Part shown: piece by piece, positions 20,170 through 32,323 of the stretch | Layout: each line of letters opens with the position of its first letter | Position numbering within the stretch: the stretch's first letter is position 1 | Assembly (NCBI GenBank): GCA_963712745.1 | Contig: CAVQJC010000001.1 | Coordinates: forward strand, 416,001-480,000 | Length of the DNA stretch: 64,000 bases | Reading direction: 5' to 3' | Source of the DNA: an uncultured Chloroflexia bacterium | GTDB taxonomy: Bacteria; Chloroflexota; Limnocylindria; Limnocylindrales; CSP1-4 | Notes under the pieces: model-generated | The model's input: only the letters and a program-made list of their open reading frames with translations | Told to the model about the DNA's origin: nothing | Databases searched by the model: none | Position numbers and translations under genes: made by a program

Positions 20170-21166
20170 TCAGGGTGCGTCGGCCGGTGGCGTGAAGCCC
20201 TGCCGCTCGTAGTGCACCGCACGTGGCTTGGTGACGTCCTTGTAGATGAACCAACGGCAGGGACGGTCGGGCAGGTCGCAGTCCTCCAGAGGTCGCAGCG
20301 GCGGCTGGCCGTCGGCCATCTGGATGTACTCGAGCGCGATCATCGAATGGACGCTGTACCAGCCCATGCCGGTACGGACCTGCGTCCAGGCATGAGGCGT
20401 CTGTTGGAGGCCGGCTGATGGGGCGCACGCCCGCTGTCGGGGTCACCCCGCCGCAGCACGCCGCAGCTGCCACAGGGGTCGAGCGACATGACGTAGCGAT
20501 CACCCTCATCGCTGACGCCGACATCGCCGCGATGGCGCGGGCCGGACAGGTGCCCACCACGCATGCCCTCCACGCTGAGCTGGAGTCGCTCTTCCGGGCT
20601 CATCGTGGGCCACAGTTCGTAGCGCGGCTTCCAGATGTGCTCGTAGGCCAGCGTGACCACCTCGCGCACGGCATCCTCGCCGTATGAGTCGGCGATCTCC
20701 GTGAGGACCTCCTGGATCCAGACCACGAGGCCATCGTGCTGCGCGGCCCAACGCACCCGCATCAGCTCGATGGCAGTCGTTGGCCGTTTCGGCGTCGCGA
20801 GCGGCGATGGCGCCCAGCGCGCGCTCGAGATCGACCGCTGCCCGGCTGGTACGCGCGGTAGCCCTTCAGCAGGGTCGTGCCGAGGCCCGTCTCAGCTGGC
20901 ACCAGCCTTGCCCAGGCGGTAGTCGAGGATGTCGGCGAGCCATACGAAGAGCACGTCGTTCATGGTCCGGATCTCGCTCACGAAGTAGCGGGCCAGCTCA
21001 GCCGCCAGCGTCCCAGCGGCCATCGCGCAGCGCCTGCTTCGGCGAGCGTCTGGGTGCTGGTGCCCAACGTTGCGAGGCCGTCCTGGCGGATGGGCCGGCC
21101 CAGCACCTCGCTGTAGCCGATCGGGCTCCCGTCGATCGATGCGCTGTCCGATCGCTGCGTGGTCAT
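20170..21166 (-). CDS. hypothetical protein with a DPCGSCG motif (frameshifted)
   Basis: Coding-like pieces: YSEVLGRPIRQD, LSVEGMRGGH, LDPCGSCGVLRRGD and CRWFIYKD. Confidence 0.6.
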
Positions 21167-21246
21167 GCGTCAGCTCCTTCTGATTCGTAGGCTATCGTCT
21201 GCCCGACGTACGTCCAAGGCGGCGAACACAGAGCGGGAGGTGTCAG

Positions 21247-22012
21247 GTGGATGGAGGTCGCGCAGGCTGGGGCCTGGAGGGTCACGGTATCATCGTAACG
21301 GGCGCAGCACAGGGCATCGGTGCGGCTACGGCGCGGGCCTTCGCGGATGTAGGCGCGCACGTGACGGCGGTCGACCTCAAGACCGAAGCGGTCGAGACCG
21401 TCGTTGCAGCGCTTCCGGGAGGGCCACACAAGGCCGTCGGCATGGATCTCAACGATCTTGCCGCGCATGCTCCGCTGATCGCCGAGAGCGCCGCCGAGTT
21501 CGGTGACGTAGTCGGTATCGTGCTGGCGGCCGGGGTGCTCAAGCGCGAGGCGTTCACCGAGGTCACTGAGGAGGCCTGGGATTGGCAGGTGGATACGAAC
21601 CTCAAGGCGACGTTCTTCCTGTCTCGCGCGGCGGGTGAGTATTTTCGCGCGGCCGGCATCAAGGGCAGCATCACCACGTTCACCTCGATCTCGGCGGTGA
21701 CCGGCGGCGTTTCGCCCGCTCCCGCGTACGGAGCGTCCAAGGGCGGCGTCATCACCGTGACCTATCGCCCTGGCACGGCAGTACGGACCGGACGGCATCC
21801 GCGTCAACACCATCTGCCCGGGTTTCATCGACACGCCGATGCAGCGGTCGGGCTTCTCGGCCGCGACGCAAGCCGGCGTCGATGCCATCCCCATGAAGCG
21901 TATGGCCGCCCCCGAGGAGGTCGCCTCGGTGGCCGTGTTCCTGGCCTCGAATCACGCCTCTTACGTGAGCGGTGCGCTCATGAACGTCAGCGGCGGCGCC
22001 TACATGGGCTAG
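21247..22012 (+). CDS. SDR family oxidoreductase (frameshifted)
   Basis: Motifs TGAAQGIG, YGASK, IRVNTICPG and VSGG. Confidence 0.88.
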
Positions 22013-22032
22013 CGTCACTGGGCGGCCTGGCA

Positions 22033-23398
22033 TCACGCAGCACCGCGCTGAGCCCGCCACGCCTCGACCGACGCGTATGCCTCAGCCTCCGCCTGTCCCA
22101 GGTAATCCCCTGGCCCAAGCACGGCCAGGTCGTCATCTGCGATGCCGCTGACCTCGAGCAGCGCGTCGCGCAGGTCGATGCCCCGCTTCTTGGACGCGAC
22201 TGCGGCGGCGTAGACGACATCGTGCGCGTCTTCGCGACCAAGCTCGGGCGCCAGCTGGAACATGTAGGCCTCGGACAGCGTGCGGCCCTGTTCCAGCCCG
22301 AGGTTGCTGCGTCATGCGCTCGCGGGTCCACGCTCAGGCCGGCCACCACGCGAGCGGCGATACGCAGGCTGCCCGCGGTCAGCACTGCCACTTGAGGCAA
22401 CACGTGCCATTCGATCTGCCACTCGCCCGCCGAGCGCTCATGGCCGGCCTCCATGGCGCGGTAGAGCGAGGTCGACATCGCGGTCACCGAAGCGGCCATG
22501 CCCACGATCGCCTCGGAGTCGATGGGGTTGGCCTTCTGGGGCATCGTCGATGAGGCGCCGCGATGGTGACCGGTCGATTCGGTGACCTCCGCCGATCTCC
22601 GTGCGCGCCAGGTCGATGACCTCGCGGGCCAGGCGGCAGTGACCGAAGCGGCCCGCGCACACACCGCGCCGAACGCAGCGATGCCATCGCGTGTCACGTG
22701 CCATGGTCCGTCGCCGACGAACAGGCCCAGGCGCTCGGCGGCACCAGCTCGCACCTCTGACGATATGGGGTCCGTAGCCGGCCGAGGTGCCCGGCCGCGC
22801 CATGCAGGCTGACACGACAAGCCTCGGCTCGCACGGCCACGAGATCCCGGCGCACTCGCAGGCATTGCCACAGGAACGTGGCCAGCTTGGCCCCCAGGGT
22901 GATGGGCACGGCCTGCTGGCCATGCGTGCGGCCCGCCATGACCGTGCTCGCGTGTGCCTCGGTCATCGTCGCCAACGCATCACCCAGGTCGAGCGCCAAT
23001 GCGTCGAGTCGATCGATGGCCGCGGCCAGCTGGATGGCCAGCCCGGTGTCCATGATGTCCTGCGTCGTGGCGCCGTAGTGCATCGAGCCACTGGCGTCGG
23101 ACGGCAACGCGGCCGTGACCTGTCGGATGAGCGGCAGGATGGGATAGCCCACGTTGCCGGTCTCGCGCCAGAGGGCGTCGATGTCGATGTTGTCGAGCGT
23201 ACAGGCGGCGGTGATGGCGTCTGCCTGTGACGGCGTGATATCCCCGACCACGGCCTGGCTTTGCGCCAGGGCAGCTTCGGTGCGCAGCCACGCGTCGATG
23301 GTGTTCGCCTCGGAGAAGACGGCTTCCATCTGCGCGTCGCCGAAGGTGCGATGCAGCAGCGAGAAGATGCTGCCGGGATGCTCGCGCGAGTCGCTCAC
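22033..23398 (-). CDS. adenylosuccinate lyase / 3-carboxymuconate cycloisomerase (fumarase-aspartase superfamily) protein (frameshifted)
   Basis: Motifs HYGATTQDIMDT and GRTHGQQA, and the superfamily signature SSTMPQKANP. Confidence 0.88.
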
Positions 23399-24479
23399 TG
23401 GCTACTCTGCGTGATCTCGTCCAGGCGCACCGAGCGATGCTCCGCGGCCGACAGATAGGCCGCCTGGGTGACCGCGACGGTGTTGAGGATTGTCGCGCCC
23501 GGCCGTCGCGGGCGCTCGGCCGGTCTCGATGGCGTCCATCAGGTCACTCATGGGCCCGAGGAAGGCATCCGGGATCCACAGCGTGTCGAACTCGATACGC
23601 CTGCACCTGGACGCCGTCGCGGTACAGCGCCAGCGTGTCAGGCCGCCCGTCCGGGTAGTCGTACATCAGGCCGATGGTGCCCTCGAGCGCGCCGCGCGTG
23701 CCCATGAAACGCAGCCTCGGCGTAGACGTCACCATGCAGGTCGTAGTGGTTCGCGGCCACGAGCGCTTGCCGCCTGTCGGCGTACTCGAGGATCGTCTTG
23801 GTGGCCGTCTCCCCGACGACCGGATCCTGCTCGGGGTAGCGACCGTGCACGCTGGTGACCCAGACCGGGTCACCCAGGATGGAGCGCAGCGAATCCTGGT
23901 AGTGGATGCTGTGGTACATCATCTCCAGCTGCGGCGCGGACGCCAGCCACGGCCAGAGGTGCCAGGGTGTCATCACCGAGACCTGGATCTGCGCCTCGGC
24001 GACCTCGCCGATGGCGCCACGCTGGATCAGATCGGCGCGATGCGGCGATGGCCGGATCCCAGCGCATCTGGTGGTTGACCGCGAGGAGGACGCCGGCCGC
24101 CTCGGCGACTTCGACCTCCGCGAGCGCGGTCGCATAGTCGAGCGCCAGCGGCTTCTGGCAGAGCATGTGTTTGCCGGCCGCCGCCACGAGCGGCACGATC
24201 TCCGGCTGCACCCACGGCGGCACTGCGATGTCGACGATGTCTACGCCTGGGGTGCCGAGCAGCGCTTCGACCGACGCCAGCCACGGTGTCGATCTCGAAC
24301 TCCGCCGCGACCGCGCGTGCCTTGTCGGGGTCCACGTCGTAGACCGCCACGACCTTGAGCCCGGCGTCGCGGTACGCGGGCAGGTGTGCGCCGCTCACGA
24401 TGCCGCCACAACCGATGATGCCGATACCTCGCTGACGGCCGGCGCCCTCGGGGATGCGCCAATTCGGTTCGATTTCCAA
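23395..24479 (-). CDS. Gfo/Idh/MocA family oxidoreductase (frameshifted)
   Basis: Motifs IGIIGCGGI, HLPAY, GKHMLCQKPLA and HSIHYQD. Confidence 0.88.
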
Positions 24480-24545
24480 GCCGTGCCTATCCCTTCAGTG
24501 ATGCGGGCGTGCCGGATCAGTCATGCGAGCGTGCCGGAGCTGACT

Positions 24546-24869
24546 TCAGTCCGTGTGGAAGACCTCTTGCATGTCCGACCACCACTCCCCTTCGGCACGA
24601 TCGGCCAGCGGCTCCTGCAGCGGCATCATCTGCTCCCACCAGAGCTGCGTCTCGGGGTCGTCGGCCATCTTCTGCATGTCGGCATCGAAGTCGTCGCCGA
24701 CATACTCGAAGTAGGCGAACAGCTGCCCGTTGCGATGGAAGATCGAGTAGTTGCGGATGTTGCTCTGCTCGATCCGCTCGAGCACGCCGGGCCAGACCGC
24801 CGCGTGCGCCTTGACGTACTCATCGAAATGCTCGGGCTTCAGTCCGATGACCTGGCCGAACCGCTTCAT
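24546..24869 (-). CDS. L-rhamnose mutarotase family protein
   Basis: Intact 107 aa: EYVKAHAAVWP, IRNYSIF, LFAYFEY and MQEVFH. Confidence 0.9.
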   Translation of the reverse strand: MKRFGQVIGLKPEHFDEYVKAHAAVWPGVLERIEQSNIRNYSIFHRNGQLFAYFEYVGDDFDADMQKMADDPETQLWWEQMMPLQEPLADRAEGEWWSDMQEVFHTD

Positions 24870-25725
24870 GCCGCCGCTCCGATCGAGTACAGAGCCGCGG
24901 CATTGTCGCCCAGGATGGCGGCCCGGTCTGCGGCGCTGACGGCCAGGCTGTCGAGCGCCTTGTCGGTCTCGGTCCAGACCTTGGCGTAGTCGCCCGCGAG
25001 GATGGCCACCGGCCAATCGCTGCCGAACATGAGCCGCTGCGGCCCGAAGACCTCGAGCGCGAAGCCGATCGACTCCTCGAGGTCGTCGGCATGTCCACGT
25101 GTCCCAGTCCGCGGCCGTGTTCAGGCCGGAGACCTTGGCATGCACGTTGAGGCGCCTCCGCCGCGGCCTTCATCTCGGCCTTCCAGACGGCGTAGTCGCC
25201 GCTCACGATGGGCGGCTTGGCCAGGTGGTCGATGACGATCGTGAGGTCGGGTACCGCCTCCGCGAGCGCCGGCACATGCAGCAGGTGCAGCGGGTGGACC
25301 GCGACGACCTCGAAGACGAGCTGGCGCTCCGCGAGCACCTTCAGTCCCTCGATCGACGGCCGGTCGGACGAGCCAATCCGGGTCGGCCTCCTCGTGGTTC
25401 AGGTGGCGCACGCCCTTGAACCACGGGTTCGCGAGGTACTTGCTCGTCGAGCACGCGTGCCGTCTGCGGAGGCATCCTCGAGCGGCACCCAGCCCACCAC
25501 GGCACCGATCCATTCGTGTTCAGCCGCGTGGGCCAGCATCGAGTCGGTGTCGGCGAAGGAGTTGGCTGCCTGCACCAGCACCGTGCGGTCCACGCCGGCG
25601 GCCCGCAACTGGGGCGCCAGCTCCTCGGGCGTGAAGGTGCGGTAGATGGGGCCGTACTCGGGCACGAGCCAGGGGTAGTCGACCTTTTCGAGATCCCAGA
25701 AATGCTGATGGCAATCGACGATCAT
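24866..25725 (-). CDS. amidohydrolase family, L-fuconolactonase-like (frameshifted)
   Basis: Motifs IVDCHQHFW, TVLVQA, GVRH, IDHLAKP, KVSGL and MFGSDWP. Confidence 0.85.
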
Positions 25726-25792
25726 CTGCAGCGCCCCTCCTGCTGTTCGTGCGTGTCAACTCGCGCAGGGTAGCCCTCGGTCGATGCGCGAA

Positions 25793-27175
25793 TCATACGG
25801 TCGCCCATGCGTCCAGATCACCCATGGCCGCATCGAGGATCTCGACCATGCGGTCGATATCGGCTTCGGTCGCGATGACGGCGGGCGCAACGAAGAGCAC
25901 GTTGCCCGGGTGCAGCAGCAGCGTCGTGAGGCCGCGATCACGTGCCGCCATGCGCAGCCGATTGCCTGCCGCGAGTCGGATCAGCGAAGTCCTCGCCGGT
26001 CTGCCGTCGCGGACCACCTCGAGACCCGCCAGCAGTCCCTTGCCGCGCGCGTCCCAGTAGGTGCGGTGGTGGCTGAGCGAACGCAAGCCCGCCAACAGCC
26101 GTTCGCCCAGCACGGCAGCTGCGTTCCCAGAGCCGCTCGGCCTGGACGCGCCGCAGCACACTCAGGGCAGCTGCGGCCGCGATGGGGTGGCCAGCGTACG
26201 TGTGGCCGTGCAGGAAGACACCTTCATGCTCGATGAAGGTGTCCCGGACGTGAGGCGCGATGAGCGCGGCACCGATCGGCACGTAGCCGGAACTGAGCGC
26301 CTTGGACATGGTGATGAAGTCGGGCGTGATGTCGTCCCATTCGGTCGCGAACAAGCGGCCCGTGCGACCCATACCGGTGATGATCTCGTCGACGACCAGG
26401 AGGACGCCGTAGCGGTCGCAGACGGCTGCGCAGGTCGCGCAGGTAGCCGACCGGCGGCACCGAGACGGCGATGGCCGTGGCACACGGATCGACCACGACC
26501 GCCGCCACCGTCTCGGGACCCTCGGCCCGGATGGTCGCCTCGATCTTGTGGACACACGCGAGGTGACGGCTGGCCTTGCCGAAATCGCACTGCTCGCAGG
26601 CGCCCGCGGGTGCGATGCGGCCCCACGAGAGCCCGCCGTCGTAGACCACGTTGCGCGAGGCGAAGTAGTTGCCATCGAGCGCCATCGCACCGGCCGTGAC
26701 ACCGTGGAAGGCACCTTGGCGGGTGATGACCTTCATGCGATACGGCTCACCGCGCAAGGCGTGGTACTGACGCGCCATCTTGATGGCCACCTCATCGGCC
26801 TCGGCACCGCCGGGCGTGAAGTGGGCCATGGCCATACCCGGTGAGGCCGCTACCAGCTCGGCGGCCAGCTCCAGCCTGGGGCGGCGTGACGAAGCGAAAG
26901 ACATCGACGAACGACATCGTGCGCGCCTGCTCGGCGATGGCCTCGACCACGGCCTCGTCGCCGTGGCCCAGGATGAGTGCCTCGAGCGCTGAGGTGCCAT
27001 CGAGGTACTCGCGGCCCTCAGCGTCCCACGTAAGCACGCCTCGACCGTGCGTCATGACGCGGATCTCGTCGCGCATGCTGCCCTGCGCGCCGGGCGGCGA
27101 GTAGGGCATCCACAGATGGTCCTGCGCCTGTTGCCGCCAGCGTGCGCCGTTCGGATCGGCGGGCCCGCGACTCAA
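25793..27175 (-). CDS. class III PLP-dependent aminotransferase (frameshifted)
   Basis: Motifs HLWMPY, GREYLDG, AFHG, DEIITGMGRTG, PDFITMSKALSSGYVP and HGHTYAGHP. Confidence 0.88.
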
Positions 27176-28035
27176 TGGACGTCGAGGCCCAGGGCGGCGG
27201 CTCGTACGGTCAGGTTGCGCTTGGCCAGGCCGATCTGCGAGACCGGCAGGTGCTCGATGACCGCGTACATGTCCGGGCCCGAGCGCCGCGGTGCGCTCGC
27301 AGCACGGTATCGATGATCGAGGTCGCCGGTACCCGGGATCGTCTCGGCGATGTGGACGCACCAAGCGGTCCTCAAGGTAGAAGTCCTTGATCTGGACGGT
27401 GCCGCAGAACTCGCCGCAGACGTCGAAGTACTCGTTGACCATGGCGGTCGTGTCGAAGGCGGTCGGCAGGTCACGCACGAAGTTGACCAGGTCGATGTTG
27501 ATGGTCACGTCGCGCGGGATCGGTGCGCTCGATGACGCGACGCACGCGTGCGGCGTGTCGAGCGTGGAGGTGGCGTGTGCCTCCAGCACGATCTTGACGT
27601 CCTCCGGCACGGCGACCTCGAGGATCTCCGAGATGCTGCGCACCAGCCGATCCTCGCTGGCCTGGCTGTGGTTCTCCGGATGCGGCCACCAGTCACCGCG
27701 CGGGTTGTGGCTGGTCGGGCCGGATGCCGGACTCCGGCACACCCAGGCGCGCCGCCAGGCGCACGATGTCCGAGGCGGCCTCGACGCCGGCTCGACGCAC
27801 GTCCTCGTCGGCGCTGATGATCGCTCGGATACGGGCCCCACAGCTGGATGAAGTCCAGGTTGTTGCCGCGATGTGCGAACGCAGGTTCTCGGCCACCTCG
27901 TCGGTGATGGTGGACGCCGGCACCGTGAGGTGGGCGCCCGATGCCGCTGAAGCCCAGCTCACGCGCGAACGCGATGGACTCGTAGCTCACATCGGTCCAG
28001 TCGCTCCAGACCACTCCCAGGACGCCGAAGCGCAT
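27172..28035 (-). CDS. sugar phosphate isomerase/epimerase (xylose-isomerase-like TIM barrel) (frameshifted)
   Basis: Motifs LEAH, IDLVN, QIKD, PGTG.LD and VIEH. Confidence 0.78.
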
Positions 28036-28093
28036 CTGCTCCTCCCGATACGTCGTTGTCTGTGGCCTACCGTAGGCGACCGACGAACTTGCA

Positions 28094-28107
28094 GTCAACC
28101 GGTTGAG
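28094..28107. promoter_or_regulatory. LacI-type operator candidate GTCAACCGGTTGAG
   Basis: 13/14 match to the perfect palindrome at 35571. It lies ~60 bp upstream of the isomerase start. Confidence 0.6.
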
Positions 28108-28935
28108 CGATGGCGCGCGGCCGCCTCGTGCGCTGCCGCGTCAGTCGACGTGTTCGTCTGAAGCGCTCGAGCGCGGCTGGCCCACAGCTCGCGGATCGTC
28201 CTCGTCGGTATCGGTGCCGCCGGTGTTGAGGATCGAGACGTCGCGCTCCTCGATGGTCGCGGAACGTCGTGGCCGCCAGCGCCTCGTGGTGGCGTGGCGA
28301 TGGCCTCGAACACGGCGTTGCCGATGAGCACGTGGCCCAGGTCGTTGAGGTGGCACGAGTCGGTATGCAGCAGCCAGTCGGCGCCACCCATGATCTGCTG
28401 CGCGTCCACGAAGATGCGCCCCCAGCCGCTCGGCCGTCAGCGGATGGCCAGGTTGTAGGCAGTCGCGATCGTCCTGCGTCCACCGGGTCCAGGTCGGATA
28501 GACGGCCGGATCGTTGGCGCCCTTGCCGAAGGCCTGGTGGTAGATGCCCACGAGCACGACCAGCGCGCCGGTCTGTCGCCCGATGTCGCGTGACGATCGA
28601 TCTCGATGTCCTCGACGTAGTCCTGCGAGCGGCATGCCGGAGCGCATGTCGTTGAGCCCCTCGGCGATGATGACCAGGTCTGGGTGCAAGGTCGATGCAG
28701 TGCTCCTGGTAGCGCTCCAGCAGGCTGGGCTTGGCCGATTCCGCGTAGCCCGGGCAGCGCGGCGACAGGACCCCTGCGGGCAGGCCGCGATTGAAGACGG
28801 TCGGGGCCCTCGTCCTGGAATTCGCGCAGCAGGCGCGCCACGACCTGATTCCACTCGTGCTCGGGCTGCGCAGCACACATGCCGTACGAGATGCTGTCGC
28901 CGATGACCACCATGCGCTGAATGGGCGATCGACAT
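28095..28935 (-). CDS. SGNH/GDSL hydrolase (frameshifted)
   Basis: Motifs VVIGDSISYG, GLND and the DxxH motif DSCHLNDLGH. Confidence 0.8.
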
Positions 28936-28965
28936 GGGCGCTCCTCCTTGCGGTCGTGAGCGCGT

Positions 28966-29715
28966 CTAGCGCGTGAAGATGGTGCCCGTGACGTCGGCGG
29001 CGTCGTCGGAGGCGAGCCAGGCCATGATGTTGGCGATGCCTTCCGGCTGGACCAGGCTGGCCAACTCGGCCTCGTACGCGGCCCGATCACCGGTCGCGCG
29101 GAGGTCTCCTCGATGACCGAGACCTTCATGCGGCGTGACCACCTGGCCGGGGCAGACGTCGTTCACGCGCACCCCGTGGGCGGCCAGATTCGCCGCGCAG
29201 GACCATGGCGAGCCCGTGCACGCCACCCTTGCTGGAGCCGTAGGCATACGACGAGCTGCCACCGCTGACGCCGGCGCCGGATGCGGTCAGCACGATCACC
29301 CCGGCACCCGCGCGTCTGCATGCGTGGCGCGACGTGCTTGCTGACCAGGAACGAGCCCTTCAGTTGACGTCGATGACGTCGTCCCAGGTGGCCTCCGGGA
29401 AGTCCGCGATGTCGACGCGCGCACCCTTCAGGATGCCGGCAAGGTGCAGCAGCACGTCCGGTCCGCCAGCCAGCCACGTCGGATCGCCTCGTCGACAGCC
29501 GCTGCGCACCTCGTCCTCATCGACCACATCGACGTGCCAGTAGCGGCACTCGGCGCCAGCTGACGCTGGCCAGTCGACGCGCGGTCGCAGCATCGGCGTC
29601 GTTGACGTCGAACGCGGCGACACGCGCGCCCAGCGAGGCGACCTTGAGCAACGGTGGCTCGGCCGATCCCGGTCGCAGCCCCGGTGACGATGATGCGCTT
29701 GCCGCTGAGCGACAT
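28966..29715 (-). CDS. SDR family oxidoreductase (frameshifted)
   Basis: Motifs TGAATGIG, YGSSK and VRVNDVCPG. Confidence 0.85.
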
Positions 29716-29836
29716 GTCCGTTCCCTTCTGCTGTGAGTCGAGCGCTGCGAGCCTGAGGCCCAGCCATCAGCTCGCCACGGGCCGCTGTCCGAGGTGGACC
29801 TGGCCTGCGCACGGCTACGAGATGGCGATGCTACTA

Positions 29837-30270
29837 GGTGTAGTTCCCACACGCCTTGTTGACGATCAAGAGACGGGAGATTCCCGTCTACCCGACCCCA
29901 GGCCCAGACCGCTACACCCCAGAGGACGACCGCAAGGACCGTAAGGAAGCCGAGATGGACCCAGTATTGGGGGTCCTCCAGCCGCAGGGACCCATCCACA
30001 TCGGTCTGGAACATCGTCACCACCCAGCCAGAACGCACTCAGCGTGAACTGCGCTGCGCGACCCGCGCGATGACGCCGAAGAACCCGTTCCGCTTGCTCA
30101 TGGAGCCCCCCTTCCGCAACCGTAGAGTGTGTGGTGAGCCAAGGCGTGGCGCTCAGCGCGGTGAGCCGCCTACTCCCGCTTGCTCTCATCTTCCGGGTTC
30201 CCGTCAGCGGGTCAAGTGTCGAACGGCCCGGCGGCCCCGGACTATCGACAAGGTGCCTGGGAACTACACC
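29837..30270. mobile_element. non-autonomous IS-derived element (MITE-like / passenger cassette) bounded by imperfect inverted repeats
   Basis: 29834-29867 matches the reverse complement of 30240-30273 at 26/34 positions, with an identical core GGTGTAGTTCCCA. No transposase inside. Confidence 0.55.
29866..30101 (-). CDS. small two-helix membrane protein inside the inverted-repeat element (frameshifted)
   Basis: GAAGGGGG RBS, then MSKRNGFFGVI...QFTLSAFW...QYWVHLGFLTVLAVVLWGVAVWAWGR. The end is approximate. Confidence 0.5.
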
Positions 30271-30422
30271 CAGGACGGCGTCGTCGACATCGGGCCGGTG
30301 CGTCCGAGCGAGCAGGCCGAGCTTGACCACCGCGGCTGACTGCCCATACGCTGAGCCGCCGCAGGACGAGCATCAGTCCGGGCCGCAGCGCGGAAACGCG
30401 ATCGGGCACGAAAGGAGGGTCC

Positions 30423-31378
30423 GTGGCAGCAACGGTGATGACTGTCCGCGGGCCAGTACCGGTCGAGCAGCTGGGTTTCACGCTGCCACACGAGCACGTC
30501 TTCATCGACCTGGTGCGCATCTTCCCGGCCAACATGCTCGCGTTCGACTTCCAGCTGATCGATGAAGCGCTGGCCATCGAGGAGGTCAGACGATTCGTCG
30601 AAGTGCGGCCCGGTTCGCTCCCGGACGGCCAGCGCTCGTCGACGTCACCACCGACGCACGCGTGGGCCGGCAGCCAGAAGCGCTTGCGCCGCGTCTCCGA
30701 GGCACTCGACCTGCACCTGATCGTCTGGCCTGCGGACGCTACCGGGAACCGTGGTTCGAGCCGGACTTCGAGCGCCGCAGCACGGTCGACCTGGGCCGAC
30801 TGCTGGTCGACGAGATCGAGAACGGCATCGAGGATACCGGCGTGCGTCCGGGCATCATCGGCGAGCTCGGTGCGGACCGCGACTTCGTCAGCTCCGCCGA
30901 GGAGCGCGTCCTGCGAGCGGCCGCCATGGCCCAGGCGGCCACCGGCCTGGCCATCACCTTGCATGCTCGAGCGAGCCGGGTGGGCATGGATCAGCTCGCC
31001 ATCCTCGAGGATGCCGGCGCAGACCTGCGACGGGTCATCGTGGGCCACTGCGACACCGTACCGGACCCCGACTTCCACGAAGCCCTGGCAAGACGTGGCG
31101 CCTGGGTCGAGTTCGACACCATCCGCGGCAAGGTGCCCATGGTCGCCGGACGCAGACTCGACTTCATCCGGGAAGTGCGCCGGCGCGGCTATCTCGATCG
31201 CCTGCTGCTCTCGCAGGACACGTGCGCCTTGTCCCACCTGCAGGCGTACGGCAACACCGGGTACGACTACCTCGCGACGGGCTTCCTCGAGCTGCTCCGC
31301 GACGAGGGCCTCAGCCCAGAAGAGCTGCACTTGCTCTTCGTGCGCAACCCCACCAGCGCGATCGCGATCGAGGCGTGA
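30423..31378 (+). CDS. phosphotriesterase (PHP) family metal hydrolase (frameshifted)
   Basis: Motifs TLPHEH, GIIGELG, ITLH, IVGHCD and LLSQD. GGAGG RBS upstream. Confidence 0.9.
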
Positions 31379-32323
31379 CGAGCGATAGGCTCGCTGCGAG
31401 GGCAGTCTCGGCGCAATGGACCCGCAGACCGACCAGTCGCCCTGGTGACCGGTGCGTGCCCGCGGTATCGGGTTCGCGACGGCCGCGTGCACTCGTCGAC
31501 GAGGGTACGAGGTGTTCGTGGCCGACATCGATGCTCGAGGCCGCACGCGACGGCCGCGACTCGTCTGTCGCGGCCAGGCATCGCACGAGCGATGGAGATG
31601 GATGTGGCCGACTCCGGGTCGATTTCCACGGCCCTCGCGTCGCTGGAGACAGGACGGCTCGACCTGGTGGTCAGCAACGCCGGCGTCGTACAGCCGGCCC
31701 GCTCGGAGGAGCTCGATGAGGCGGCGTGGGAGCTACGTCCTGCAGGTGAACCTCTTCGGCGCCTTCCGGCTCGTACGACAGACATTCGAGCTACTGCGAC
31801 AGTCGGAGCGACCGTCGATCGTGTTCATCTCGTCGATCGCGGCCCATCGAGGTCTTCCGGCTCGCCTCGCCTACAGCGCAAGCAAGGGAGCCCTGGAGTC
31901 GATGGCGCGCGTGCTGGCCGTGGAGTGGGGACTCATTGGGCATCAGGGTCAACGCCGTCGCCCCGGGTTTCATCTCCACCGAGCAATCCCGCGCCATCGC
32001 CGCCACGGGCGCCGCTGACCCCCAGGAACGAGCGCGTCGAACGGCGCTGGGTCGCTCTGGGCGAACCGTCCGAGGTAGCTGAGCTCATCGCCTGGCTTGC
32101 CTCTCCAGCAGCTTCGTATGTGACCGGACAGACCATGGTCGTCGATGGCGGCTTCCTCGCGGACGGCCGAACCGGCCCCGATGCCATCGCCGATCGCGAG
32201 GACGTGAAGCCCGCGCGCGGGCAGCCGACAGGGGCGTCAGCCATTCGACTGCCTCACGCGGCGGCGGCCCACGACCGAACGCGGCCCTTGCTGCCACGTC
32301 AGCCGGAAGACGCTACTGCTTGA
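31375..32323 (+). CDS. SDR family oxidoreductase (frameshifted; end approximate)
   Basis: Motifs VSNAG, YSASK, VNAVAPG and YVTGQTMVVDGG. Confidence 0.82.

Noticed and set aside
22033-23398. Assigning the symbol purB or pcaB
   Set aside because: Only the superfamily signature is evident, and the context supports neither pathway.
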